The notes below the pieces were generated by a model. It saw nothing but the letters and a program-made list of their open reading frames with translations, did not search any database and was not told the origin of the DNA. DNA of 64,000 nucleotides from a virus. The stretch lies in the IMG/VR virus record IMGVR_UViG_3300025117_000049, positions 1-64,000 of that record; one strand, 5' to 3'. Position 1 is the stretch's first letter; each line of letters starts with the position of its first letter. The position numbers were made by a program, and so were the translations under genes. Below are positions 46,760 through 56,503 of this stretch, piece after piece.

Positions 46760-46978
46760 ATGGTAATTAGCAATCACAAGGACATGAAATTGACACCAGA
46801 AACCTGCAAGCACCAGGACCTGCTCTGTACGGAATGTCCAGACAAACTTTCGTGCGAGCCTTTGGCCCTGGAATTGCAGTCGCCGGTCTTTGGTGGCCGG
46901 GTTGATCCCAGGCCCCGCCCACTCCCGGCCTTCCTGAAAGGCGCCTCTAAATCCGTAAGGGCCTCATATGGCTATTGA
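46760..46978 (+). CDS. small Cys-containing protein
   Basis: First ORF after the promoter motif. Confidence 0.45.
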   Translation: MVISNHKDMKLTPETCKHQDLLCTECPDKLSCEPLALELQSPVFGGRVDPRPRPLPAFLKGASKSVRASYGY

Positions 46979-47180
46979 CCTGACATGCAAGTGCACATAC
47001 GGCGATCAAGGCAGGATTGAAAGCCTGACGGTCGATTTCGGCCAACAGATGGCCATGGCTGAGGCCCAGGAGCTGGCGGACCTGCTGGAAATGACGGCGG
47101 TCGGCTGGGCTAATTGCAAGGGGTGTGTGAATGATCAATGTGACAAGCATTCCGGTGGAGCTGCTCCATCTGTCCATTGA
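46968..47180 (+). CDS. small hypothetical protein
   Basis: Coupled ORF. Confidence 0.45.
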   Translation: MAIDLTCKCTYGDQGRIESLTVDFGQQMAMAEAQELADLLEMTAVGWANCKGCVNDQCDKHSGGAAPSVH

Positions 47181-47484
47181 CGTGATGCATGGCGGAATCC
47201 TTTACCGGAAGGAATTTTCCTACGGTGAGGATCTGATGGTGTATACCAGGACCTCGGCCATGACCCCTGAGACCGAGGAGGATGGCTGGAGCACCAAAGG
47301 CTGGTATCGGCTCTCCGGTCAGGACGGCAACCCGGTCATGATTAGCGATCCTGGGTTCCTGGTGCAGCTTGCTAATGCGGCTGCAAGGAAAGGCTGGCAG
47401 GTTGAATGGAACCCGGCTTTCAAGCCAGTTAAGGATTTGCCCCAGGGATTTTGTTTTCACAAGAACGCCATGGAGAATTTTTAA
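47131..47484 (+). CDS. hypothetical protein
   Basis: ORF preceding the protease. Confidence 0.55.
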   Translation: MINVTSIPVELLHLSIDVMHGGILYRKEFSYGEDLMVYTRTSAMTPETEEDGWSTKGWYRLSGQDGNPVMISDPGFLVQLANAAARKGWQVEWNPAFKPVKDLPQGFCFHKNAMENF

Positions 47485-47486
47485 TC

Positions 47487-50400
47487 ATGCCATTCAAAAT
47501 AGAGGATGTGGAGCGCCACAATCGGGGATTATCAGATGCCAAGAAGGCCCAATGGGTGGCAGTGGCCAATTCTGTATTGAAGAAATGCATAGATGATGGT
47601 GGGGATGATGCTTCCTGTGCCCCCAAGGCCATACGGCAGGCCAACGGAGTGGTGGCTGTCCACGAAGATGTGCAGGTAGATTACAACCCATGTCATAATC
47701 CTTCTGGACCTGGTGGTGGGCAGTTTTGTGGGGGGAATGTTGAGTCATCTTATCCAAAAACTGTAGATGAAATAAAATCTACTCAATACGGAAAAGGGTT
47801 TTTTATTGCTCCTGATGGAGATTTGATAGACATATCTTCAGAATTTGGAGGAGGGACTAATGATCATGTTGGCACAATTGGAATGGATAAATATGCAAAA
47901 AAATTAGGATTGCCTCAAGAAGATATTTCTAAAATGGAAAAGATTGTTGATAAATTAAATAAAATGGGAGATACTTTTAGTTCAAAATTTGAAAAATTAT
48001 CAGATAAGCAAAATGAAATGGCTACAAATATGATGTTAAAGGCTTTTGAAAAAGGGGCTTTGAGAGTACGCCTTTTTAAGGGGGTTGTTGCAATAGAAGG
48101 ACATAATATTGCTTTATCTAAAATTCAAAATCTTTTGGGAGACAACAAAATTCCATCAGATAGAAAGGCATTATATATGATAGAAGGAGCTGCAGGTCGG
48201 GGTGCCTGGGGAGTACAAACTAATTTGTCTAATTTATTATTGTCTAATAGATGGAATGAAATAACAACTAATATGGCTGTCCATCTGAATGCTAATGCCA
48301 ACTACACTATCCGCAAGGAATTTCTTCAAGGGAAAGAGCACATCATTGTCCCAATAATTATGATGCGAGAAGGCGTCCACAGTGGCTCTCACGGCCCTAT
48401 TCTGCATCTGGCTGAGGAATTGGGCAAGTTTCCTGGTGCTTGGGATGGTATCCCGGTGTCTATCCAACATCCCCAAGAAGATGGAATGCATGTATCGGCC
48501 AACCAGCCGCACATCCTGGATGAGTTCGTAGTCGGCCGGGTATTCAACACCATGATGGACGGTCAGAAGCTCAAGGCCGAAGCTTGGCTGGACCCAGTGG
48601 TACTCAAGAACATCTCTCCAGAGGCCATGGAATACATCATGGAAGGCAAGCCCTTGGAGGTCAGCGTCGGGGTTTTCACTGATGAGGATATTCGTGCCGG
48701 GGATTATGAGGGCAAACATTATGAGGCCGTGGCCAGAAACCACCGCCCAGATCACCTTGCTTTGCTTCCTGGTGCGGTCGGGGCCTGCTCATGGTCGGAT
48801 GGATGCGGTGTGCGGACTCATCAGGAGGGGTTAGACACCAATACAAGGCATGAACCCACTTATAATTCATGGAGAAATATGATTCAGCGTTGTACTAATC
48901 CAAATTCTCCAGATTATAAATATTATGGCAAAAAAGGGGTCAAGGTTGTTCAGCGATGGCTTGATTCCTTTGATAATTTTTTGGAAGATATGGGCCAGCG
49001 CCCTGAAGGGAAGACAATTAATAGGAAAAACAGAAAGGGCGATTATTCTAAACAGAATTGTGAATGGGCGACTTCAAAAAAGCAAAATAATAGGGAAAAC
49101 CATTCGTATGGAGAGCCAAGTATGCAAACTAATGCCATTAAATTTGAGGCCATCGAATCCATCCCCTGGACCAAGTCCACCTTGGCGGATTTCGGCAAGG
49201 GCAGCAACTGGTCCACCATGGACACTGCCGACAAATCGGACATTGCCAATCATTTCCTCATTGGTGATGATGCGGCTGCCAACTTTGGTGAGCTGATGTT
49301 CCCGGTGGTCAATCCCAAGTCCGGCAAGCTGAATGAACAGGCCCTGCGGGCGGTCATCGGCGGGCGGGGAGCCCAAGCCAACATCACATCAGCCCAGAGG
49401 ATCAGTGCCCGCCGCCAAGCATACCGGCTGCTCAACAGCGAATTTGATGCCAAGCTGGATGTTCCGTCGACCCTGGCCGCCGACATTGCTGTCCATGAAG
49501 ACGGTGGCCTCAAGGAGCTGGCCCGCCTGGGATTCTCCATCAATGAAATAGGGGCTCAAAATCAGCAGGATATTGAAGATACATGGGGCTCAAACACATA
49601 TAAGAGAGAAGCGGTACTTTCTGCTGCTCTGGGCGCGTTAAATGTAAGCCAAAAAAGTCTAGATCTTGGAGCAAAGAGGGCAACCGAAAGGGTATATAAT
49701 GCAACAAGATTAGCAAGAACCTCCCAAGATCACAGACAGGCTTCCATGGCACATAAAGATGCTGGCCAGGCTCATAGAAAAAGTGGCGGAGGAGCTAAAG
49801 AGGCCATTCCATTTCATAGAACCGCAGAGAGATTGCATGGAGAGCTGGCAAGGAGTATGGGAATGACGGGCTTCTCCATCAATGAAATCGGCTACAGTGA
49901 ATTGAGAAACATCATCCAGGCCAAGCTGGACCGCATGGATGATGACGCCAAGGCCCATTACCTGGAAGACATCTACGATGGCTACATCATCTATCGGGTC
50001 GAACCCAGGGGTCAAGATAGACCTGTATCTCTAGAGACAAAGAATCTTTTCAAGCGAAACTACACGGCAGCCGATGACGGCACCGTCGAGTTCACCGGTG
50101 AATCCATGCCGGTCATAAAGCGGGTCAGTTATGACCCTGCATCACAGCGAGGAGGTATGAATAACATGGCAGATAAACCCTGCTGCGAAGCAAAGGTTCA
50201 GATGCTGATCGAGTCCGGTGCCTATGCCGAGACTGACCGCGACCGGCTTCTGACCATGGAGGAGGCTGACATCGATGTATTGGCTGCCGGTGTTACAGCG
50301 AAAGCCGCCCTGCAGACCAAGATCGACGAAATGGCCGCCGAGATGAAGGCCATGAAGGACAAGTTGGCCACCATGCAGTCTAACGCCGACACTCAGACTA

Positions 50401-50729
50401 CCCGGGACAAGGCCATCGAGGTCCTGAAGGAAGACCTGGGCGACAAGGACAAGTTCCTGGCCCTGGCCCCAAAGGAAATTCGCTCCACCCTGGAGCACGG
50501 CCTGCGCCTCCACCAGGAAGAGCGGAGCCGGCAGATCACCCATATCATGGCCAACACTAATGAGGGCGTCTACACCAAGGGGCGTCTGGAGGCCATGGAC
50601 GATCAGGATCTGTCCTTCCTGGCCCAGGCCATCAAAGCCCCAGTTGACTATTCCGGCCAGGCCCCGACCCCGCAGGTCAACCGCGGCAGTCACGAGGCCC
50701 AAGCAGTCTATCCCCCGGGCGTGGAATAA
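47487..50729 (+). CDS. prohead protease (DUF2213-like)/scaffold polyprotein with a ChaB-like N-terminus and inserts
   Basis: WDGIPVSIQHP, EVSVG, DHLALLP..GACS..DGCG; coiled-coil C-terminus; directly upstream of the capsid genes. Confidence 0.85.
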   Translation: MPFKIEDVERHNRGLSDAKKAQWVAVANSVLKKCIDDGGDDASCAPKAIRQANGVVAVHEDVQVDYNPCHNPSGPGGGQFCGGNVESSYPKTVDEIKSTQYGKGFFIAPDGDLIDISSEFGGGTNDHVGTIGMDKYAKKLGLPQEDISKMEKIVDKLNKMGDTFSSKFEKLSDKQNEMATNMMLKAFEKGALRVRLFKGVVAIEGHNIALSKIQNLLGDNKIPSDRKALYMIEGAAGRGAWGVQTNLSNLLLSNRWNEITTNMAVHLNANANYTIRKEFLQGKEHIIVPIIMMREGVHSGSHGPILHLAEELGKFPGAWDGIPVSIQHPQEDGMHVSANQPHILDEFVVGRVFNTMMDGQKLKAEAWLDPVVLKNISPEAMEYIMEGKPLEVSVGVFTDEDIRAGDYEGKHYEAVARNHRPDHLALLPGAVGACSWSDGCGVRTHQEGLDTNTRHEPTYNSWRNMIQRCTNPNSPDYKYYGKKGVKVVQRWLDSFDNFLEDMGQRPEGKTINRKNRKGDYSKQNCEWATSKKQNNRENHSYGEPSMQTNAIKFEAIESIPWTKSTLADFGKGSNWSTMDTADKSDIANHFLIGDDAAANFGELMFPVVNPKSGKLNEQALRAVIGGRGAQANITSAQRISARRQAYRLLNSEFDAKLDVPSTLAADIAVHEDGGLKELARLGFSINEIGAQNQQDIEDTWGSNTYKREAVLSAALGALNVSQKSLDLGAKRATERVYNATRLARTSQDHRQASMAHKDAGQAHRKSGGGAKEAIPFHRTAERLHGELARSMGMTGFSINEIGYSELRNIIQAKLDRMDDDAKAHYLEDIYDGYIIYRVEPRGQDRPVSLETKNLFKRNYTAADDGTVEFTGESMPVIKRVSYDPASQRGGMNNMADKPCCEAKVQMLIESGAYAETDRDRLLTMEEADIDVLAAGVTAKAALQTKIDEMAAEMKAMKDKLATMQSNADTQTTRDKAIEVLKEDLGDKDKFLALAPKEIRSTLEHGLRLHQEERSRQITHIMANTNEGVYTKGRLEAMDDQDLSFLAQAIKAPVDYSGQAPTPQVNRGSHEAQAVYPPGVE
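49530..49892 (+). repeat. direct repeat GFSINEIG (17-nt identical core TTCTCCATCAATGAAAT) flanking an insert
   Basis: Copies at 49530-49553 and 49869-49892. Confidence 0.85.
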
Positions 50730-50756
50730 AGCCGGGGATTAAAGGAGGAAATACTT

Positions 50757-51221
50757 ATGGCTTACAACACCATTCTGTTGAAGGGCGAGAATGCCAACTT
50801 CGAGGAGATTGCTGCCAATGCGGCTATCACCCCGGGCATGCTCGTCGAGGAAATGACCACCGGCCTGCTCCGGGCGCATGCCATCCGCAATGGTAATGCG
50901 GCCGCCATGTTCGCTATGGAGAGCGAGTACGAAGGTAAGGGGGTCGATGACAACTACGCCGCCGGAGAAGAGGTCCGGGTCTGGCACCCCAAGAAAGGGG
51001 ATCAGGTCAACGCCCTGCTGGCCGACGGTGAGTCCGTGGCTATCGGCGATATGCTGGGCTCCAACGGCGATGGCTACCTGAAGGAAATCAAAGGTGGTGA
51101 CTCTGCTACTGAGGACCTGCCGGCATCCATCGTGGCCAAAGCCAAAGAGGCCGTGGACCGTAGCACTAGCTCCGGCGGCGACACCAACACCACCGGCCGC
51201 ATCGTGGTCGAGATTATCTAA
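50757..51221 (+). CDS. capsid decoration/cement protein
   Basis: ITPGMLVE...YAAGE...GDMLGSNGDGYL; lies between the protease and the MCP. Confidence 0.75.
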   Translation: MAYNTILLKGENANFEEIAANAAITPGMLVEEMTTGLLRAHAIRNGNAAAMFAMESEYEGKGVDDNYAAGEEVRVWHPKKGDQVNALLADGESVAIGDMLGSNGDGYLKEIKGGDSATEDLPASIVAKAKEAVDRSTSSGGDTNTTGRIVVEII

Positions 51222-51251
51222 GGCCACCAAGTGAAAGGAGGAACATAAGAT

Positions 51252-52358
51252 ATGCAAGCAAATGTCGACTATTTTGGCAAGGGCATGGTCCAAGGTCCGC
51301 TGGCGAGCTACATCGCCGAGCAGGGTCGGATCAACCCGGCCTTCATGCGCCCCATCCTGGGTGAGGATGGCCATACCTATTTCACGGTCTATAAGGGCGG
51401 TGACCCCAAGAAAAAAGAGAGCTTCCATGTATATCGGCGTGACGAACTCCAGCACCTGGGCATCCAGGTCTACGGCACCCTGCGCCGGGACGAATGGAAG
51501 TACCTTGACCAGGCTGTCCAGCAGGCAGCCCATGTGCGCCTCGGCGGCATCCAGGACCTGATCGACAACAACCTGGTCTACAATCTCACCAATGCCATGG
51601 GCACCACCGTCCTGGAATACCACTCCATCGGTGAGGCCATGGAAGCTGAAGTGAGTATGGATCCGGCAGTGCGCAGCCGCAAGGACCGGCTCAACTACCA
51701 GACCCATTACCTGCCCATCCCGGTGATCCACAGCGACTTCGACATCAGCTCCCGTTCCCTGGAATCGAGTCGGCGCCTGGGCAATCCCCTGGATGTCGAC
51801 GCCGTGACCGAGGCCACCCGGGTGGTGAACGAGAAGCTGGAGCACATGCTGTTCAATGTCGACCAGACCCCGTTCCAGTTTGGCGGCGGCTACATCTACT
51901 CCTATCTGGATCACCCAAATCGGAACCAGTTCCCACTGGGGACGGCATGGTCCGCAGACACCGGCGCCAACATCCTGGCCGATGTCCTGGCCATGATCCA
52001 GATGTCCATTGACGCCCGCCACTACGGCCCGTGGATGCTTTACATTCCCACTGCCTACCAGACGGTCATGGGCGAGGACTACACCGCCGGCTATCCCAAG
52101 TCCATCCGCCAGCGCATTCTGGAGGTCGAGGGCATCAAGGGGATCAAGGTCATCGACACCCTGCCGGCTAACAACGTAGTCCTGGTGGAGATGCAGACGT
52201 CAACCGTACGCCTGGTCCAGGGCATGGCGACTCAGGTGGTCCAGTGGCAGGTCGGTTCCAGCCTGAGCCCGACGGAATACAAGGTGCTTCGCATTGCGGT
52301 TCCTCAAGTGCGGGTAGATCAGTCCGGCCGTAGCGGCATCGTCCACGGCTCCGTGTAA
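51252..52358 (+). CDS. major capsid protein (HK97 fold, encapsulin/linocin-like)
   Basis: TLRRDEWKYLD, LPIPVIHSDF, strong RBS and highly biased codons. Confidence 0.88.
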   Translation: MQANVDYFGKGMVQGPLASYIAEQGRINPAFMRPILGEDGHTYFTVYKGGDPKKKESFHVYRRDELQHLGIQVYGTLRRDEWKYLDQAVQQAAHVRLGGIQDLIDNNLVYNLTNAMGTTVLEYHSIGEAMEAEVSMDPAVRSRKDRLNYQTHYLPIPVIHSDFDISSRSLESSRRLGNPLDVDAVTEATRVVNEKLEHMLFNVDQTPFQFGGGYIYSYLDHPNRNQFPLGTAWSADTGANILADVLAMIQMSIDARHYGPWMLYIPTAYQTVMGEDYTAGYPKSIRQRILEVEGIKGIKVIDTLPANNVVLVEMQTSTVRLVQGMATQVVQWQVGSSLSPTEYKVLRIAVPQVRVDQSGRSGIVHGSV

Positions 52359-52414
52359 TTCCAGACGAAAGGCTAATCATGCCCCGTCTGACTTAAATAT
52401 CGAGGTAATCCGAT

Positions 52415-52750
52415 ATGGCTAACCAAGCAAGAGAAGGCGAGATCAGGTGGAGGAAGATTTCTGGCACCCTGACTCTCAAGGACAAGACAGTCATCAAACC
52501 TGGCCAGACATTCATGGCCAGGCCTGAGGACATTCCTAAGGTCTTCCGAGATACTGTTGTGCCAGTCAACCCAGAGGACCTGCTGGGTTCGGAAACATCT
52601 ATGTCTCCGGTTGAGCTCGAGCCGCCCAGCTACACCATCAAGTCTTGCACCCCTGGACGGTATAACGTCCTGGATGGCCAGGGTAAGGCGGTCAACGAGA
52701 AGCCCATGTCCCAGGACGACGCCAAGCGACTGGTGGAGAACCTGGGCTGA
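52415..52750 (+). CDS. hypothetical head-associated protein
   Basis: Follows the MCP; GRYNVLD...NEKP. Confidence 0.65.
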   Translation: MANQAREGEIRWRKISGTLTLKDKTVIKPGQTFMARPEDIPKVFRDTVVPVNPEDLLGSETSMSPVELEPPSYTIKSCTPGRYNVLDGQGKAVNEKPMSQDDAKRLVENLG

Positions 52751-53427
52751 TGTCCTGGGCCGCCCCCAGGATGTGGGATGGCGGCCGTTGCTTCATCATC
52801 GGCGGCGGCCCGTCCATGCCTAGGCAGTTCAGCATCCCGGATGAGATTGTTGCTGGAGTCCGATCCGGTGAGGTTGGTCCCGATGCCTATTCCCCGTTCA
52901 TGGAGCCCATCCATGGGGAGCATGTCATTGGAGTGAACAATGCTTACCAGATCGGCACCTGGATCGATGTCTGCCTGTTTGGGGACTGTAGCTGGTATCT
53001 GGTATACAGGGAACAACTGGCCAAATGGCCGAATCTTAAGGTCGGTTGCTGCCATGGCAGTCCTGACTACCTGGACCCGGATGGAATCAAGTACCTGCCG
53101 AGGGATAAGGCCAAGAAGGTGGGCATTGGAATCAATCCGGGTAAGCTGTCCTGGGGATACAATTCCGGGACGGCAGCCATCAATCTGGCTGCCCATTTCG
53201 GGGTTCGCCAGATCATCCTCCTTGGATTCGATATGTCCCATCCTGATGCCCAGACAACTCACTGGCATAAGGGACATGGCCATCCCAGGAAATCTTACAA
53301 GCGATTTCTCAGGGGATTCCCGGCTATCGCAGCTGATGCCGCTGCCCTGGGAATCGAAATATTGAATGCAAGTCATAATAGTTCCATTGCCCAATTTCGC
53401 AAGGTGTTGCTGGAGGAATTGCTATGA
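52750..53427 (+). CDS. Maf/DUF115 (GT29-like) glycosyltransferase-like protein
   Basis: FIIGGGPS, VIGVN, NSGTAAINLA...IILLGFD. Confidence 0.7.
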   Translation: MSWAAPRMWDGGRCFIIGGGPSMPRQFSIPDEIVAGVRSGEVGPDAYSPFMEPIHGEHVIGVNNAYQIGTWIDVCLFGDCSWYLVYREQLAKWPNLKVGCCHGSPDYLDPDGIKYLPRDKAKKVGIGINPGKLSWGYNSGTAAINLAAHFGVRQIILLGFDMSHPDAQTTHWHKGHGHPRKSYKRFLRGFPAIAADAAALGIEILNASHNSSIAQFRKVLLEELL

Positions 53428-54320
53428 AAAAACTGTGGTTATCCATATTGATCGTGGCCCTGCTATTTTCCCAGGTAGATGCCACGGTTGTCCTGCTGAA
53501 CAAGGTCGGGGTCTCGCAGAACCATTATTCCGGCCTCTCCACCGATGTCATGCCGACCCCAGGTGCCGCCGGCTATGGCTCTACCTTCTATGTTGAGGAC
53601 ATTGGGGTCAGGTATGTCTATGGTTCATCGGGATGGGTGATTGACAAGACCTCAATTACCGGATCAATTATAGCAGCCATTGGGTCGTCCCTTCCGGCTG
53701 GCACCAATAATATCGGAGATGTGGACATTGCTACATTGCCAGGTACCGTCCAGGCTGACATTGCTACTCTCAAGGCAGATACTGCCCTCATCAAGTCCGA
53801 CATTGCTACCATTAAGGCGGGGATTCCGCTTACCGCTGGCGAGACCCATGTTGGGGAGATCGGAGGCAATACTGCTCTCATTGCCATTACCCCCACGGTC
53901 ACCGCCGGCGCCTATCATGCCAACGATGTAGTGGGCGGCATCCAGACCCTCACCAGTGCTTTGAGGGTGTCAGGCGGAACGGCTATCCTCCAAAACGTCA
54001 CCGTCCGGGACTTGGCGGCACAAAACGCTGTCCTCCAAATCTTCTTTTTCAATGCAAACCCAGGAACCGGCACCTACACCGATAACGCCGCCCTCGACCT
54101 GGACGACACCGACTCCGGGCTATTTATCGGGAAAGTTACCATTAACGCTGCCGACTACATTTCCCTGGCCGACAACTCAGTGGCCACTATTACGAACTGC
54201 GGCCTGGCATTGAAAGCCACGACCGGGACCTCTCTGTATGCGATTATCAGAACAACCGGTACCCCGACATATGCCAGCACCAGCGACTTGAAGATCACCT
54301 TTGGTCTGCTGAGGGATTAA
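53424..54320 (+). CDS. signal-peptide-bearing T/A/G-rich protein
   Basis: MKKLWLSILIVALLFSQVDA; LPAGTNNIGDVD, short coiled coil, beta-sandwich-like C-terminus. Confidence 0.7.
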   Translation: MKKLWLSILIVALLFSQVDATVVLLNKVGVSQNHYSGLSTDVMPTPGAAGYGSTFYVEDIGVRYVYGSSGWVIDKTSITGSIIAAIGSSLPAGTNNIGDVDIATLPGTVQADIATLKADTALIKSDIATIKAGIPLTAGETHVGEIGGNTALIAITPTVTAGAYHANDVVGGIQTLTSALRVSGGTAILQNVTVRDLAAQNAVLQIFFFNANPGTGTYTDNAALDLDDTDSGLFIGKVTINAADYISLADNSVATITNCGLALKATTGTSLYAIIRTTGTPTYASTSDLKITFGLLRD

Positions 54321-54324
54321 TCAC

Positions 54325-56268
54325 ATGAAACGCCTTTGTCTGCTACCACTTCTGCTGATTTGTTTCGTCCTGGTCGCCGCCCCGGTCCACCAGGGCACGA
54401 GGTATTATCCTGTCCTGGGCGGGATGGAGAGGATACAATGGCTATTACAGAATGAAATGAACTCTATCACCGGGGAGGTAGGCACCTGGCTTGAACGGGA
54501 CGTGGAAAGCAAGATCGCTTTCACCTCCGGCTGGGCCGAGTTCACCCCCCAAGCCACGGCGGCTTATGCGGAACAGGATATTGTATGCAGCACCATAATT
54601 ACCAGGGCAGCAGGCGTGGGTATCCTGGGAAAATTCCGCTGTACTACGGATGGATCTTTCTATCCTCTGGCCCTTGTGACTTCAACAACCCCCACATGGG
54701 GCGCAACTCACGTTGAGGCAGCTTTTCACCGGGCGGCGACGGCTCTCTCCTTGACGGCTACTTACAACGCCACGGCTGGGCCGATTATCGCTACGTTTGT
54801 GGCGGACGGGACAGAATATAAATTAGCCCTGATTGCCGACGGCACAGCCGGATATAAGTACCTCATCAAAGGCGGGGCGTTCGCTAACTGGACTTTGCTT
54901 TTCCGGTCTGCAACCGGCAACACGGCCAGCCTCTACGCAGCTATGGCAGGGTATGACGCCGCTTTTGGAGCCGACTTTTGCCGGGGGCCTTTGTCAGCTA
55001 TCCCATTAAATAACCCTCTCCTATTAGACACCTTTAGCGGCACATTCGGCACTCCTGACACTTACGGCAATCCCTGGCTCCACGCCGGAACCTGGGCCAC
55101 GGCTGGGGGAGTGGCGAGCAATACGCCAGTGGCGGGAGCGGAGCTATGTACGTCCCTTGTAAATGGCACTTCATATCCGTTTGAAACTTTTACTGCTGTA
55201 GGTAGAGATATAACAAGCGCAATTAACACAACTGGATTTGGGACTGGTTTATCCCCGACATTTGCTACTATAGTGGGCCAATGGTTTAAGATTTCATTGG
55301 ATTCTATTATCATTAATAGTGGAGCATCCCCTTGGCTTGTATTGGCTAATGGTGAAGCTGGTTCTGCGCAGATTGCTATTACTTCACCAGCTACTCAGCA
55401 ATTGAAAACTGGTAAAATATTAACTGCTCATGCTTCTGCATCGTTGCAAATGTCTGTTGGCAACGGAATTGCTACTGATTTTGCGGCTGCTGGATTATCT
55501 TGCAAACCCCTCCCCATCTCTACTCTCATCGCCTCTCAATTTCTTGTCACAACCGACGTGCTGGCCGAGGCGGTGCTCACGGCCTACACTCTGGGGACTC
55601 AGGCGGGGATTGTGCAGTCGGATCGGCCCTTTGCCTTCCCTGCTAATGCGAATGCTGCGAGTGGTCAGAATGTCATCGTATTGAAGAACCTGACCAATGC
55701 CATTCCCGACTCCGACTCCATAACCATCAAGCACCCCATAACCCCGACCACCTACACCATCGCCAGCGTGTCGGCCTTGGTGGGCGGGGTGCAGACGCTG
55801 ACGCTGGATAGCAATCTCGTGGAAGCGGTGAGCGCCGATGACATGGTGGGCGTGAACTGGGCGAGTTGGAACGGAACGCTGACCTACTTTGACGGTGGCG
55901 GGAACATCAAACTCGACGAGATAAAAGCTGGGGTTTATACCAATCGGGGCAGTACGGCCAAGGCGTTCTCTGCCAATGCCCGCTTTATCGTGCGGAAGAT
56001 CGGCAGTGAGTATCGAATCTTCTACGGAGAATCCCTCATCGGAACAGCAATCACGACCGTTGACGCTGCGGCCATGGTGGGTACTTATTGGGGAATGTTC
56101 TCCACTGATGCGAGCAATACCTTTAACAGCATCAGGGCTGACGATACTGGTAACGTGACGAACTCGAACAGCATCTTGGACAAAGACTCCCAAGACACTA
56201 GCAGCTTAATGCTGCCCAAGGAATACTGTCCAGATACTTACTGGCGGGAGGAGGTGGGGAATGGTTAA
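54325..56268 (+). CDS. signal-peptide-bearing beta-rich protein
   Basis: MKRLCLLPLLLICFVLVAA; mosaic GC content. Confidence 0.7.
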   Translation: MKRLCLLPLLLICFVLVAAPVHQGTRYYPVLGGMERIQWLLQNEMNSITGEVGTWLERDVESKIAFTSGWAEFTPQATAAYAEQDIVCSTIITRAAGVGILGKFRCTTDGSFYPLALVTSTTPTWGATHVEAAFHRAATALSLTATYNATAGPIIATFVADGTEYKLALIADGTAGYKYLIKGGAFANWTLLFRSATGNTASLYAAMAGYDAAFGADFCRGPLSAIPLNNPLLLDTFSGTFGTPDTYGNPWLHAGTWATAGGVASNTPVAGAELCTSLVNGTSYPFETFTAVGRDITSAINTTGFGTGLSPTFATIVGQWFKISLDSIIINSGASPWLVLANGEAGSAQIAITSPATQQLKTGKILTAHASASLQMSVGNGIATDFAAAGLSCKPLPISTLIASQFLVTTDVLAEAVLTAYTLGTQAGIVQSDRPFAFPANANAASGQNVIVLKNLTNAIPDSDSITIKHPITPTTYTIASVSALVGGVQTLTLDSNLVEAVSADDMVGVNWASWNGTLTYFDGGGNIKLDEIKAGVYTNRGSTAKAFSANARFIVRKIGSEYRIFYGESLIGTAITTVDAAAMVGTYWGMFSTDASNTFNSIRADDTGNVTNSNSILDKDSQDTSSLMLPKEYCPDTYWREEVGNG

Positions 56269-56503
56269 GAATATTATCATCGCAGTTTTGTTGGTTGCAT
56301 TGGCAGTTTTTCAGTATTTATATTTAAACAAGACCATGGAATTGAGTAATGCCAAACACCAGTATTTAATATGTCGATCTGTGATATGGGAAGTTGATGC
56401 AGTTATGAGGCAACATGGTACAGCAATGTCAAAGTATCCCACAACAGACGAAAAGATACGGAATCGCTATCAGAGGCTTTTGAAGGAGCAGGAAAATGAT
56501 TAA
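56261..56503 (+). CDS. small membrane-anchored protein
   Basis: N-terminal TM helix. Confidence 0.55.
   Translation: MVKNIIIAVLLVALAVFQYLYLNKTMELSNAKHQYLICRSVIWEVDAVMRQHGTAMSKYPTTDEKIRNRYQRLLKEQEND

Noticed and set aside
50739-52022. 427-aa minus-strand ORF and many similar long antisense ORFs
   Set aside because: Shadows caused by high GC3 in the capsid and other genes.
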